A stretch of 64,000 bases of DNA from a virus: IMG/VR virus record IMGVR_UViG_3300031452_000002; one strand, given 5' to 3'. The notes beneath the pieces are model-generated. The model saw only the letters and a program-made list of their open reading frames with translations, did not search any database and was not told where the DNA came from. Below are positions 1-9,078 of the stretch, one piece after another. The position numbers and the translations under genes were made by a program. The stretch's first letter is position 1; each line of letters opens with the position of its first letter.

Positions 1-1116
1 CCGGTCGGTCTGTGCGGTCCATGGGTGCCCCCGCAAGCGGGATATCTCGCGGATGATGGCCTCATCGGCCAAGTCAACATTATATCCGCGTGACGCACAA
101 ACATCGACCGCACGCTGGCGCCGTAGACACACATACTGTCCCCGTTCGTGACGATGCGAACGAATCACCAAGCCACCGCAGACATAACAGCGCAATAATC
201 CCGCGAGCACAGCGGGTGGGGGACCATCCTTTCTCTGACTGCTGTAAGCGCTATGCGAACGCGCATCGACCAGGCGACGCTGTACAGTCTCAAATACATC
301 GGGATCAACGATGGCTGGATGCGTGCCCGGCCGCACGAACGACGCCCCCTCAGCCGCGCGCTCAAAGCGGCCACTGGGATGTACATCGTAACTCACACAG
401 CCTTTGTAGACGACTTTACGTAAAATGTTGCGTATTTCGCCACCATTCCAGCGCTCCGCGCCGCCAGGCGGCGGTGGCACGCGTGGATCAGCCTGCATCC
501 AGCCGGCTAAAACACGTAATGAGCCTTCGCCAGCGGCATAGCGGCGGTACAACTCAGCCACGATCCAGTCAGTCGCCGGGTCTGGTACGAGACGCCCAGC
601 GGGTCGTTTGCCTTTGCCGTCCCACTCAGGATAGAGCCGCTTGTACCCAAACGGTGTCTCTCCCATGTACTGGCCGGCCCAAGCCGCCGCCCGGCGCGGC
701 CCAATCACACGTCGGGCAATCTTATGACTCTCTTCCTGCGCCATGCCCGCGCGCACAAAACTAATGAGTCCGCCTTCCTCTTTGCCCTCCTGGACCGAGA
801 TAAGTTTCACCCCGAGCCGGCGCAACTCCTGGGCACGCGCTAGCCACTCCACACCATCACGACCCCAGCGATCAAACATGAACACGTACACGGCTTTGAC
901 GCGCTTAGCGCGTACAGCGTCGAGGATGCGTTGATAGCCCTTACGCGTGACCTTGTGTCCGCTCTCCCAGTCTTCATCCTCAATGGCGATATAGTAGCCG
1001 TCACGAGGCGCTCGATCCGCGATGGACGCCCGTTGCACCTCCGGGCTATATCCATCCTTCTGCATCAGCGTTGAACCCCGTACATACGCCGCCGCCGGCT
1101 CTAACACGCCCTCCAT
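1..1116 (-). CDS. Large serine recombinase/integrase, 3' end beyond window start (missing from ORF track)
   Basis: Manual translation from ATG 1116: MEGVLEPAAAYVRGSTLMQ (catalytic Y-x-R-x-S), VYVFMFDRWGRDG, TPFGY, then zinc ribbon LLCLRCGGL...YVC...C; SD-like GAGGTG upstream. Confidence 0.88.
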   Translation of the reverse strand, partial: MEGVLEPAAAYVRGSTLMQKDGYSPEVQRASIADRAPRDGYYIAIEDEDWESGHKVTRKGYQRILDAVRAKRVKAVYVFMFDRWGRDGVEWLARAQELRRLGVKLISVQEGKEEGGLISFVRAGMAQEESHKIARRVIGPRRAAAWAGQYMGETPFGYKRLYPEWDGKGKRPAGRLVPDPATDWIVAELYRRYAAGEGSLRVLAGWMQADPRVPPPPGGAERWNGGEIRNILRKVVYKGCVSYDVHPSGRFERAAEGASFVRPGTHPAIVDPDVFETVQRRLVDARSHSAYSSQRKDGPPPAVLAGLLRCYVCGGLVIRSHRHERGQYVCLRRQRAVDVCASRGYNVDLADEAIIREISRLRGHPWTAQTDR

Positions 1117-1167
1117 CACCCCACCTCTATCCTGCACTGATGCGACATAACGGTCCTCTATCGCACA

Positions 1168-1185
1168 TTTACGACTTGTCGTAAA
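1168..1185. promoter_or_regulatory. Perfect inverted repeat TTTACGAC-TT-GTCGTAAA (operator or att core)
   Basis: 8-bp arms around a TT centre, about 50 bp upstream of the integrase start. Confidence 0.5.
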
Positions 1186-1229
1186 GTGGCATGCTGGTGA
1201 TACTAGCTCTATCCGTTCGCCACAAGTAG

Positions 1230-1258
1230 TTGACGAACACGGTCGCACATGATACGTT
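1230..1258 (+). promoter_or_regulatory. Putative sigma70-type promoter facing the repressor 3' end
   Basis: TTGACG-17 bp-TACGTT. Confidence 0.3.
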
Positions 1259-1401
1259 GATAGCACATCTGTTCTACGACAAACAAACTAGGACGCCGCC
1301 ACAGCCCGGCGACGCGGAGAGGAACGACTTTCCTATGCTCACCGGCATCACCGCGATGGATAAAGAGTTAACCGACCCTTTTATCATCAATACGCTGCGC
1401 C

Positions 1402-1899
1402 TTATGGCTCCCTCGTGTCCTGCTGCTCGCCGGGCTCTGGATCGCGCCGCCGTGCTGACCGCTTTGCCCAGCGATCACGAAGACTCGCCAAGTCTTCAAC
1501 AAGCTCAAACACTTCCGCCATATCGTCACCATCCGAGTCAACGCCCAGTGTCTTCCTAATCGCTTCCTGTCTACGCCCCTCCTCAATATAAACGGCAATA
1601 TCTTCATCGGTGAACCATCCCATGGCCCGATAGAGTTTCAACGGGTTTACATTGCCATGGCGCGCGACCCGCAAGAGCGTTTCAGCGGTAGGTTGGTTTC
1701 CACCAAACGTCGCATCCAGTCCTCGCGACGACATCCCTGACGCCTCAGCGAGCGCGCCGCGATTGATTGCTCCATCGCGTCGCCGATACCCCATTTTCTC
1801 GGCGATCTTCTCAATAATCGCGATGGCCTCGGCGTTAGGATTGTCTTTCGTCGATTCTGCCACGCTACCGCATTCTCCCCATCCCTGTACTTCAGTCAC
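1402..1899 (-). CDS. CI-like XRE HTH repressor
   Basis: NRGALAEASGMSSRGLDATFGGNQPTAETLLRVA HTH; divergent from a Cro-like gene, next to the integrase. Confidence 0.75.
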   Translation of the reverse strand: MTEVQGWGECGSVAESTKDNPNAEAIAIIEKIAEKMGYRRRDGAINRGALAEASGMSSRGLDATFGGNQPTAETLLRVARHGNVNPLKLYRAMGWFTDEDIAVYIEEGRRQEAIRKTLGVDSDGDDMAEVFELVEDLASLRDRWAKRSARRRDPEPGEQQDTREP

Positions 1900-1920
1900 G
1901 CTTTCACCCTCATGTTAATC

Positions 1921-1995
1921 TATACACCCACATGTTGCACCTTGATACCTCCATGTGCTAACATAAATGTGTAGGTAATAACCTACGGGTGTATA
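1921..1995. promoter_or_regulatory. Lysis/lysogeny switch operator region
   Basis: TATACACCC (1921-1929) / GGGTGTATA (1987-1995) inverted pair enclosing GTAGGT-4-ACCTAC (1971-1986). Confidence 0.5.
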
Positions 1996-2024
1996 TACTA
2001 GTTAGCTAGGAGGGGGGTTGAGAC

Positions 2025-2264
2025 ATGAACGACATTGCCGAGACGCCGGATGGCGCGCTCGATCCGGCGATTCGCATTCTCAAATACCGGGAACAACCAA
2101 CGAATTGGCTGTCCCGCCGGACAGGAAATCGCATCACGGTGAGTCGTGCCCGTCGCGTGTTGCGCGGCCAACGCGCTTGGACACTGATTGAGCGCTCTAT
2201 CATCGCGGATGCGTTTGATATTCCAGAGGATGTGATCTGGCCATCGCCTACGGGGGCCGCATGA
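2025..2264 (+). CDS. Cro-like HTH protein
   Basis: Small basic HTH-like protein divergent from the repressor; SD GGAGG. Confidence 0.6.
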   Translation: MNDIAETPDGALDPAIRILKYREQPTNWLSRRTGNRITVSRARRVLRGQRAWTLIERSIIADAFDIPEDVIWPSPTGAA

Positions 2265-2470
2265 ACGATACATCCAGCACACCTGCCACTTCGGCGTCAA
2301 CACTGTCCGTTGAAGAGGCGCTCACGATAGCGTCACGTCTCATGCAAGACATGGCTATCTCAATGATTGGCCACCAAACGGCTGAGGCAAGAAAAGCCGC
2401 GGACAACACCACAAGCACAAGCATGGAAATGCAAAAATCCGCTGCACGAGCGACCGTGCAGCGGACGTGA
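2261..2470 (+). CDS. Hypothetical protein
   Basis: ATGA-coupled to the preceding gene. Confidence 0.5.
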   Translation: MNDTSSTPATSASTLSVEEALTIASRLMQDMAISMIGHQTAEARKAADNTTSTSMEMQKSAARATVQRT

Positions 2471-2718
2471 AAAACCCACTGAGCAAAGGATTGTCCATCA
2501 CCATGGTACACGAGAACAACTATCTGTTGCAAGCGCCCCAGAAAAGCGAACCTTTCGCGCCCCTGAACCTGTCACCCCGCAGCCTGCTCACCATCAAGAC
2601 CTGCGCGCAGTGCAAGCGCGAGAACGCCTTTCACTACGACTCTGATACGTCATGCGTGGCGTGCGCCTTATCTATCGACGGCAACGTGATCGACGGCGGC
2701 GTGGAGTTTTTTCGATGA
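2467..2718 (+). CDS. Hypothetical Zn-finger-like protein
   Basis: CAQC...CVAC; coupled overlap. Confidence 0.5.
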   Translation: MKNPLSKGLSITMVHENNYLLQAPQKSEPFAPLNLSPRSLLTIKTCAQCKRENAFHYDSDTSCVACALSIDGNVIDGGVEFFR

Positions 2719-3080
2719 CCGAGACCATCTACTCCAATTGGCTCGCGGGCTACCGCGTCCTGACGGGGACGTACGACGCCCTCTATAACCTCCAACGCTC
2801 CTACACGCGCGTCACCCCGCTCGGCGTGGACGGCACGGAGCCGCCGACGCCCGCAACCGACTACTGGGTTGATTACGACACGATAGACCCCATCGCGCTG
2901 TGCGACCTACACCGTGAGGCGCTGATGGCCGTGCGTGATGGAGCCGTCGATGAGTGGTACGCCGCGCGATGCACGGCAGACCAAATCGTCTCGGTCGAGC
3001 CGGTTGCCCCGCGCCCGATGTTGGCCGCGATCATGGTATGCGTGGATGCCGTCAGCGGTGATGAGGCGGTGGCGTCATGA
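2715..3080 (+). CDS. Hypothetical protein
   Basis: ATGA overlap; start re-assigned to MTETIY. Confidence 0.55.
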   Translation: MTETIYSNWLAGYRVLTGTYDALYNLQRSYTRVTPLGVDGTEPPTPATDYWVDYDTIDPIALCDLHREALMAVRDGAVDEWYAARCTADQIVSVEPVAPRPMLAAIMVCVDAVSGDEAVAS

Positions 3081-3505
3081 CACGTCATCTGTCGGTCGTC
3101 CCACGACCCCTCGACCCTAACCACACGTATCCGCCCGACCTCGCACGGCCGCTGCTGGCCCATCGTCGCACGGGCAAGGACCTGGGGGGGCAGGTCGTGA
3201 TAACTTTCGCGCATAACGGCGTCACGATGGCCGTGGACGTGTTTACCGACCCGCTCTACGCGATGCGGGAGGCCAAGTTGATCCCGGCGCCACTTCTCGA
3301 CCCGCGCCATCCCCAGGGCGTCTACGAGGCGTGGCTAGCCGCCGAGGATGCGATGCGCGACCTGGCCGACTACTGGCGCGAGAGGGGCGAACGGCGATCC
3401 GCACGCCTCTGCGACCTGTCGGCCGCCGTTATTGACGACTACAAGCAAAGCGCGTTCCGGGCGGTCGAGGAAGCCCGGCTCATCCTACGGCGTTACGGCG
3501 CATAG
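3077..3505 (+). CDS. Hypothetical protein
   Basis: ATGA overlap; GC-rich third positions. Confidence 0.55.
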   Translation: MTRHLSVVPRPLDPNHTYPPDLARPLLAHRRTGKDLGGQVVITFAHNGVTMAVDVFTDPLYAMREAKLIPAPLLDPRHPQGVYEAWLAAEDAMRDLADYWRERGERRSARLCDLSAAVIDDYKQSAFRAVEEARLILRRYGA

Positions 3506-3549
3506 CCGTCGCTATTTACTCCCGATAGGGGCGAAAGGAGACGCACAAG

Positions 3550-3948
3550 ATGCACACGATACACACGCTCTACACGGACGCGGACATCTCCACGGACCTC
3601 GATACATCAGCCATGGCCCTGGAGCCGCGCACGCGGCTCTACGCCGTCCAGACGCCATCCGGCGACGATCAGGCGACCCAAGCGCCCGGCGACGAGCCCG
3701 GCACGGTCACGCTCACGCTCACGCACACACTGGCGCCCCGCCCGTCGCACCGACCGAACCGGAGGGCGCCACATCGCCGCGCCATGATCCTGTCGTGGGC
3801 GAAACGCGCCGCCGTCGCGGTGGTCGTTTTCGCCGCGCTTAGGTTGCTGTGGCATTACCTCACCGTCAATGATCTATGGAGCGCGAGCCTGCTCACTATG
3901 GCAATTGTGCTTGCCCTCGTCGGGTTGTCGTGGGCGGGGTGGTCATGA
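3550..3948 (+). CDS. Hypothetical membrane protein
   Basis: SD AAGGAG; two C-terminal hydrophobic segments. Confidence 0.55.
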   Translation: MHTIHTLYTDADISTDLDTSAMALEPRTRLYAVQTPSGDDQATQAPGDEPGTVTLTLTHTLAPRPSHRPNRRAPHRRAMILSWAKRAAVAVVVFAALRLLWHYLTVNDLWSASLLTMAIVLALVGLSWAGWS

Positions 3949-4391
3949 TGCGCGACGACGACAACACAACGGTAGACATCACAGGCCTGGACAAGGCGCG
4001 CGTCCTGTGCGCGCTTTACGACGCCGCCAAGACGCAGGGGATGGGCCGGCTGCACTACGTCCCTGGCGATATGTCCATCGCGGATGCAGCCCGTATCATC
4101 ACGCGCGGCGACGAGCGCATCGACTACGGCGTGCCGGCGCGCAATCTGCCCGACGACGGCAACAGCCCACGGCTGGCGGGCTTCTCACGCCCGCTGGAGT
4201 TCGATTACCTCAAAGGGCGCGTGCTAAAAGTGGACATAAGTGGCGATACGTTCGGCGCGTGGGGCTACGACCGCGACAACGGAGAGGGCGCGGCGCATGC
4301 AGCCATCGAGCGACTACGCCGCCGGTTGGAGTTGGAGCGCGTCGAGTCTGCCGTGGTGGGACGCGGCGAGAGAGAGGAGCAAGCGTCATGA
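3945..4391 (+). CDS. Conserved phage hypothetical protein
   Basis: GLDKARVLCALYD and FDYLKGRVLKVDISGD...YDRDNGEGAA resemble a recurrent phage family. Confidence 0.6.
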   Translation: MMRDDDNTTVDITGLDKARVLCALYDAAKTQGMGRLHYVPGDMSIADAARIITRGDERIDYGVPARNLPDDGNSPRLAGFSRPLEFDYLKGRVLKVDISGDTFGAWGYDRDNGEGAAHAAIERLRRRLELERVESAVVGRGEREEQAS

Positions 4392-4960
4392 CGACCTATA
4401 CAACACGGTCAGAGCCACGGACATACAACCACACGGCGCCCGATACGGCCGGGAAAACCATGCCGATCCCACCCAAGGGGTCGCGGCTCCCACGGCGCGA
4501 CGCCAACGGCAAGAGTCTGCCCGCCGGCGCGTGCCCGCCGTGTGAGCGCTGCACGATGCGCGACGCGTTCCGCGACTGCGACGGCCACGCGCTATGCGCC
4601 CCCTACATTTTCGACATCGCCTTTCCCGGACGCCTGCCGAACGACTCGCCCTGCACGGCGCCGAACATCACGCGTCGCGCCGAAGAGCGGGCACAGCCTG
4701 ATCGAGCGACGGCCGTGCGAGCGGTGGCAACGGCCACACGGGCGAGACGAGCGACAAGCACGCTGGCAACGCTGCCGGTACGACCGACCGTGCGCTGCGA
4801 CGTATGCGGGTCCACCACGCGTCGCAAACCGCACCGCGACGGCTCCTACGGTCGCTGCCCGGTCGAGGGATGCCCTGGCGCCCTCTCGCGTGTTCCAACG
4901 CGTGACCAGGACAATGCGCGGCGACGGGCAGGCACGCGGCAAGGGCCGGTGGCAGCATGA
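4388..4960 (+). CDS. Cys-rich hypothetical protein
   Basis: CPPCERC, CDVCGS, CPVEGC; ATGA overlap. Confidence 0.5.
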   Translation: MTTYTTRSEPRTYNHTAPDTAGKTMPIPPKGSRLPRRDANGKSLPAGACPPCERCTMRDAFRDCDGHALCAPYIFDIAFPGRLPNDSPCTAPNITRRAEERAQPDRATAVRAVATATRARRATSTLATLPVRPTVRCDVCGSTTRRKPHRDGSYGRCPVEGCPGALSRVPTRDQDNARRRAGTRQGPVAA

Positions 4961-5535
4961 CCATCATCGGCGCCATGGCCCCGACCACCAACGACACACA
5001 TCAACTCTCGTTCGCCGACGCGCTGGCCCCGGCTGCCCCAACCGGGCCGACGCTGGCCCAGGCGCGTGAGGATACGATGCGCGCCGCCGCTGGCGCGGGT
5101 GTGCGTTGTCCCTGTTGCGGCCAGCATGTCAAGTGCCAGCCGCGCTTGCTCAATAGCATCATGGCCCGCATCCTCATCGCGCTCTATCGCGCCGACAATG
5201 GCACGGGGAACTACTCACACCTCCAGACGGTAGCTGACTACGCGGCCAATCACCACGGCGGCGACGGGGCCAAACTGCGCTACTGGCGGCTGATCGAGAC
5301 GGACAGCAGGGCGCGCGGCGACGGCGGCAAGGCCGGTTTCTGGAAGATCACGCCGGAGGGGCGCGCGTTCGTGCGCGGCCTCTCTACCGTCCCCAAGTAC
5401 GCGGTCGTGTTTGACGGGGCGTGCCTGGAATTGGACGGGCCGCCTATCGGTATCAGGGATGCGCTCGGCTCCGACTTCGACTACGACGACCTGATGAGCA
5501 CGACGGCCAACGCCGTGCGGAGAGGGGCGGCCTGA
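4957..5535 (+). CDS. Hypothetical protein with CPCC zinc knuckle
   Basis: CPCCGQ; coupled start. Confidence 0.55.
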   Translation: MTIIGAMAPTTNDTHQLSFADALAPAAPTGPTLAQAREDTMRAAAGAGVRCPCCGQHVKCQPRLLNSIMARILIALYRADNGTGNYSHLQTVADYAANHHGGDGAKLRYWRLIETDSRARGDGGKAGFWKITPEGRAFVRGLSTVPKYAVVFDGACLELDGPPIGIRDALGSDFDYDDLMSTTANAVRRGAA

Positions 5536-5536
5536 C

Positions 5537-5827
5537 ATGCAAGACATCAGTTACTACTATCTCGCCACCGAGCAAGACGAGCTGATGCACGCCGCCGATG
5601 TGGCCGCACAGGCGACGGAGCGCGGGCACCTGCTCGGCGCGTGGCTTAGGGGCCGTGACGACTTGTGCCGGGCGCGCTGCCACCGTTGCCTGCTCTGGAT
5701 CTTCGCGGACACAGACGAAGGGCCGGTGCGCCACTACGGCGGCCCGGCCTATTGGGAGATGTGCGACGTGGAACCAACGCTACTCATCGACTGGGCGCTA
5801 CCGGGAGAGGAGGGCACATGGGACTAG
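5537..5827 (+). CDS. Hypothetical protein
   Basis: Operon position; CHRC motif. Confidence 0.5.
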   Translation: MQDISYYYLATEQDELMHAADVAAQATERGHLLGAWLRGRDDLCRARCHRCLLWIFADTDEGPVRHYGGPAYWEMCDVEPTLLIDWALPGEEGTWD

Positions 5828-7854
5828 CAGACACTAGGGCTATGCCCCAATCAGAAGAAAAGAAAGGCTTAGGGGCTTATCGCACATTGACACACGGAGC
5901 CCTATTCATGGGTATCGACGGATTTGGTTACGGCTTCGCGCAATCCGGCATAGAGACACGCTGGGGTGTTGAAATAGACGCGACGTGCCGATCTGTCGTG
6001 CGTCGCCACAATCCAGACATCATGTTACTTGATGATGTCTGTACGTCTGGCGCGCATAACCTCACGCCCGTAGACATTATTTCATATGGGAGTCCCTGCC
6101 AAGATCTATCTCTCGCCGGCAGAAGGAAAGGGCTAGCAGGTGAACGCAGTGGCCTCTTTTTCGAGGCGATTAGGATCATCAGAGAATTACGTCCAGCCAT
6201 CGCTATTTGGGAAAACGTACCGGGAGCCCTCAGCTCTAATGGGGGACAAGACTTCGGGGCAGCCCTCAACGCCTTGGCCGACGCAGGGGCGCTGGACATC
6301 TGCTGGCGAGTGTTGGACGCGCAGTGGTTCGGAGTTCCCCAACGGCGCCGTCGCATCTTCGTTGTCGCGGATTTTGTTGGCTGTCGCGCCGCCTCGATAC
6401 TTTTTGAGCCCGAAGGCGTGTCGGGGTATTCTCCGACGCGCCGAGAAACGCGGGCGCGACCTACCACCGGCGCTGCAACAGGCATTGCAAGCGATCTCCG
6501 AGCGCAATCAGCCGACGGAGCCGACGGAGCCGATAGCCTGATCCCCCGCCTGAGTGGGACCCGAGGGTCCCACTCAGGCGGGGGACACCGCACCGACCTA
6601 GACACGAGCGGGGCATATATCCCCGTGTTAGCGGACACCGCTCCCCTTGCCGTAGCGGGCAGTTTAACTGCCCGCTACGGCAAGGGGAGCGACAGCAGCG
6701 TGACCGACCCTATTGTTATCCAGAATGGCGCGCGCCCACGCGAGTATTCGCAAGGGTTAGGCGTGCAAGTAGGCGGGCCTATGTACACGCTGGACACTTT
6801 CGGAGAGCATGCCGACGGCATGCTCTCCGAAAGTGTCCAGCCAACGACCCGTGCACTAACCGCCGAAGGGCACGATGCCAGCGAGGATGGCACAGGGCGC
6901 GGGACACCGATCATCCCAGTAGCGTCGCGTGCCTCCGGTGGGTTGGAAGCCGATGACATCGGCTTCCAACCCACCGGAGGCACGCACGGATTGGCCGAAG
7001 GTTACGACATAGCCCCAACGCTCAAAGTCGGGACGGGACTGGGCATACCATCGGGGCCAGCCATCGCGTTCACAAGCAAAGACCACGGCGCCGACGCCAC
7101 GACCGATCTATCGCCCACACTACGGGCCATGGAATACGACCAGAGCCACATCAACGGTGGCGGCCAGGTGGCCGTGGCCTATCAATGCCAGGGGACCAAT
7201 GTCGGGCCTATGGGCACGCTCAGGGCCGGTAACGGCGATATAACAGGTGGCGTGCCGTTCGTGGCTCAGGGCATATCGCTCAGGGGGCGCGAGGGTGGCG
7301 CGACAGCGGAACTCAGCGGCGATCTATCGACCGCGTTGCGCGCCAGTACGGGCGGCGGAGATAAAGCGCATGTCCTGCTCACAAAGCGTGATCCATGGGA
7401 GAGCGAACCTCTCGATGACGCTACGTGCTCAAAGTGTGGCGCGCGGTTCCCAATGAGACTCCCTGCATGCCCCATCTGTGGCGGTGATCCTATTCGCTGG
7501 CCCACGCCCCCAACTGCCTCCGTCACAGCCTTTGCCTGGCAGCAGGGCGACGACAGCAAGCACGGCAAGGACGGGCGTGGGCGGTCGTGGATCACGCGCG
7601 CGGGCGACTATGCTGCTGGATTAAGCAAATCACGCCATGACGCCGTAGCGGGATTCTTCGGCGTGCGCCGACTGATGCCCGTAGAGTGCGAAAGATTGCA
7701 AGCGTTCCCTGATTCATGGACGGAGTTCCACGCCGACGGCACAACAGTCAGCGACTCCAAACGCTATCAGATGCTAGGCAATGCGGTCTGCACAAGCGTC
7801 ATCGCATGGATTGGTCATCGTATCGTATTGGCTTGGGATCAGGTGCAACCATGA
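5818..7854 (+). CDS. DNA cytosine-C5 methyltransferase with very long variable region
   Basis: FMGIDG (motif I variant), GSPCQDLS (IV), WENVPG (VI), QRRRRIF (VIII), RRLMPVECERLQAFPDSW (IX), YQMLGNAV (X). Confidence 0.9.
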   Translation: MGLADTRAMPQSEEKKGLGAYRTLTHGALFMGIDGFGYGFAQSGIETRWGVEIDATCRSVVRRHNPDIMLLDDVCTSGAHNLTPVDIISYGSPCQDLSLAGRRKGLAGERSGLFFEAIRIIRELRPAIAIWENVPGALSSNGGQDFGAALNALADAGALDICWRVLDAQWFGVPQRRRRIFVVADFVGCRAASILFEPEGVSGYSPTRRETRARPTTGAATGIASDLRAQSADGADGADSLIPRLSGTRGSHSGGGHRTDLDTSGAYIPVLADTAPLAVAGSLTARYGKGSDSSVTDPIVIQNGARPREYSQGLGVQVGGPMYTLDTFGEHADGMLSESVQPTTRALTAEGHDASEDGTGRGTPIIPVASRASGGLEADDIGFQPTGGTHGLAEGYDIAPTLKVGTGLGIPSGPAIAFTSKDHGADATTDLSPTLRAMEYDQSHINGGGQVAVAYQCQGTNVGPMGTLRAGNGDITGGVPFVAQGISLRGREGGATAELSGDLSTALRASTGGGDKAHVLLTKRDPWESEPLDDATCSKCGARFPMRLPACPICGGDPIRWPTPPTASVTAFAWQQGDDSKHGKDGRGRSWITRAGDYAAGLSKSRHDAVAGFFGVRRLMPVECERLQAFPDSWTEFHADGTTVSDSKRYQMLGNAVCTSVIAWIGHRIVLAWDQVQP

Positions 7855-8210
7855 ATGCGGAAGCTAAAGACTTATGTCGCTCACACCAAGGCGGTTTGTA
7901 TCTCGCGGGACCAATGAGTGGCATTGCGAACCACAATTACCCCGCTTTCCATGCGGCGGCATCTGACCTACGTGCGCGGGGCTTTCATGTCATAAGCCCC
8001 GCTGAATTACACGCTGACTTTAAGACTAATCCAAAGCCTTATGAGGACTATCTACGCGCCGACTTAATAGCGCTGCTGGGCACCACGGCGGTCGTCGTAC
8101 TGCCGGGATGGGAACAGTCCAACGGCGCCCGCTTGGAAGTCACGGTCGCGCGGGCGTTGGGCATGCTGGTATGGGAGTACGAGCCACACCATGAGGGGGC
8201 AGCATCATGA
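7851..8210 (+). CDS. DUF4406 / nucleoside 2-deoxyribosyltransferase-like protein
   Basis: YLAGPMSG...NYPAF...LPGWEQSNGARLE. Confidence 0.8.
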   Translation: MNAEAKDLCRSHQGGLYLAGPMSGIANHNYPAFHAAASDLRARGFHVISPAELHADFKTNPKPYEDYLRADLIALLGTTAVVVLPGWEQSNGARLEVTVARALGMLVWEYEPHHEGAAS

Positions 8211-8581
8211 CCAACCCCACTGCCACGACAGGCACACATGCATCCATCACAGCCACCGACCGCGACCGCTGGCTCACCCTTTGCCCTTCGCTCACCGACC
8301 GCCAGATTGAGGTCGGCGCGCTGCTCGTGCGCGGCGCCAGCGACCAGGACATCGCCCGCGACCTGGGCATCTCGCCCAGCACCGTCAAGAACCACTCTAA
8401 GGCGCTCCTAGTCCTCTGCGGCGTCCACAACCGCACCGCCCTGGCCTACGTCTACGGCGGCGGCATGGACCCCTACCACGGCCCTCTGACGCGTCCTGAC
8501 GAGGCTCAGGACGACTCTGGGATTGCGGAAGATGCTATCCCGCGTTGGGCATGGCTGGACAGCGGGAGGGCAGCGTCATGA
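8207..8581 (+). CDS. LuxR/GerE-type HTH regulator
   Basis: LTDRQIEVGALLVRGASDQDIARDLGISPSTVKNH. Confidence 0.8.
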   Translation: MTNPTATTGTHASITATDRDRWLTLCPSLTDRQIEVGALLVRGASDQDIARDLGISPSTVKNHSKALLVLCGVHNRTALAYVYGGGMDPYHGPLTRPDEAQDDSGIAEDAIPRWAWLDSGRAAS

Positions 8582-9069
8582 CCAAGCACTCACTACCGCC
8601 CAAGCCATGGCCGCGCCTGTCCGAGACCCTAACAGCCCCGAAGCATCCCAATCTCTGCCAATCGTGCGGCAAGGAGACCGACGTGACGGACGGCGTGGGC
8701 GCCGCGCCATGGCAAGAGTGCGACGAAAACGACAAGCCCGAGCCCATCGTCGTCATGCTCTGCCGCGACTGTAGTGCCCGCCTCATCGAGCCACACCCAC
8801 GCCTTTACCGGCGCCTCGATGTCAATCAACCATGGCCGGGCGTCATCTCGTTCTGCGTGGACTGCTGGTGGCGGTCGGGCGTGCGCTGCGACCATCCGCG
8901 CGCCAAGGCTAACGGCGGCCCCGGCGTGATGCTCACCGTTGCCAAGCCCATCAGTATGCATCTGACCCTAGAGCGGGGCAAAGGGTATTGGCTGGACATG
9001 TGGCGCCAGCCCGCTGAGAAGTGCCGGCAATTTGAACCGGCCGATAGCACAACCAAGGTGGCGTCATGA
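8578..9069 (+). CDS. Cys-rich hypothetical protein
   Basis: CQSC, CRDC, CVDC; ATGA overlap. Confidence 0.55.
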   Translation: MTKHSLPPKPWPRLSETLTAPKHPNLCQSCGKETDVTDGVGAAPWQECDENDKPEPIVVMLCRDCSARLIEPHPRLYRRLDVNQPWPGVISFCVDCWWRSGVRCDHPRAKANGGPGVMLTVAKPISMHLTLERGKGYWLDMWRQPAEKCRQFEPADSTTKVAS

Positions 9070-9078
9070 CCACAAAAT

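Noticed and set aside
90-764. 224-aa plus-strand ORF in the track
   Set aside because: Antisense shadow of the serine integrase, which has clear motifs.
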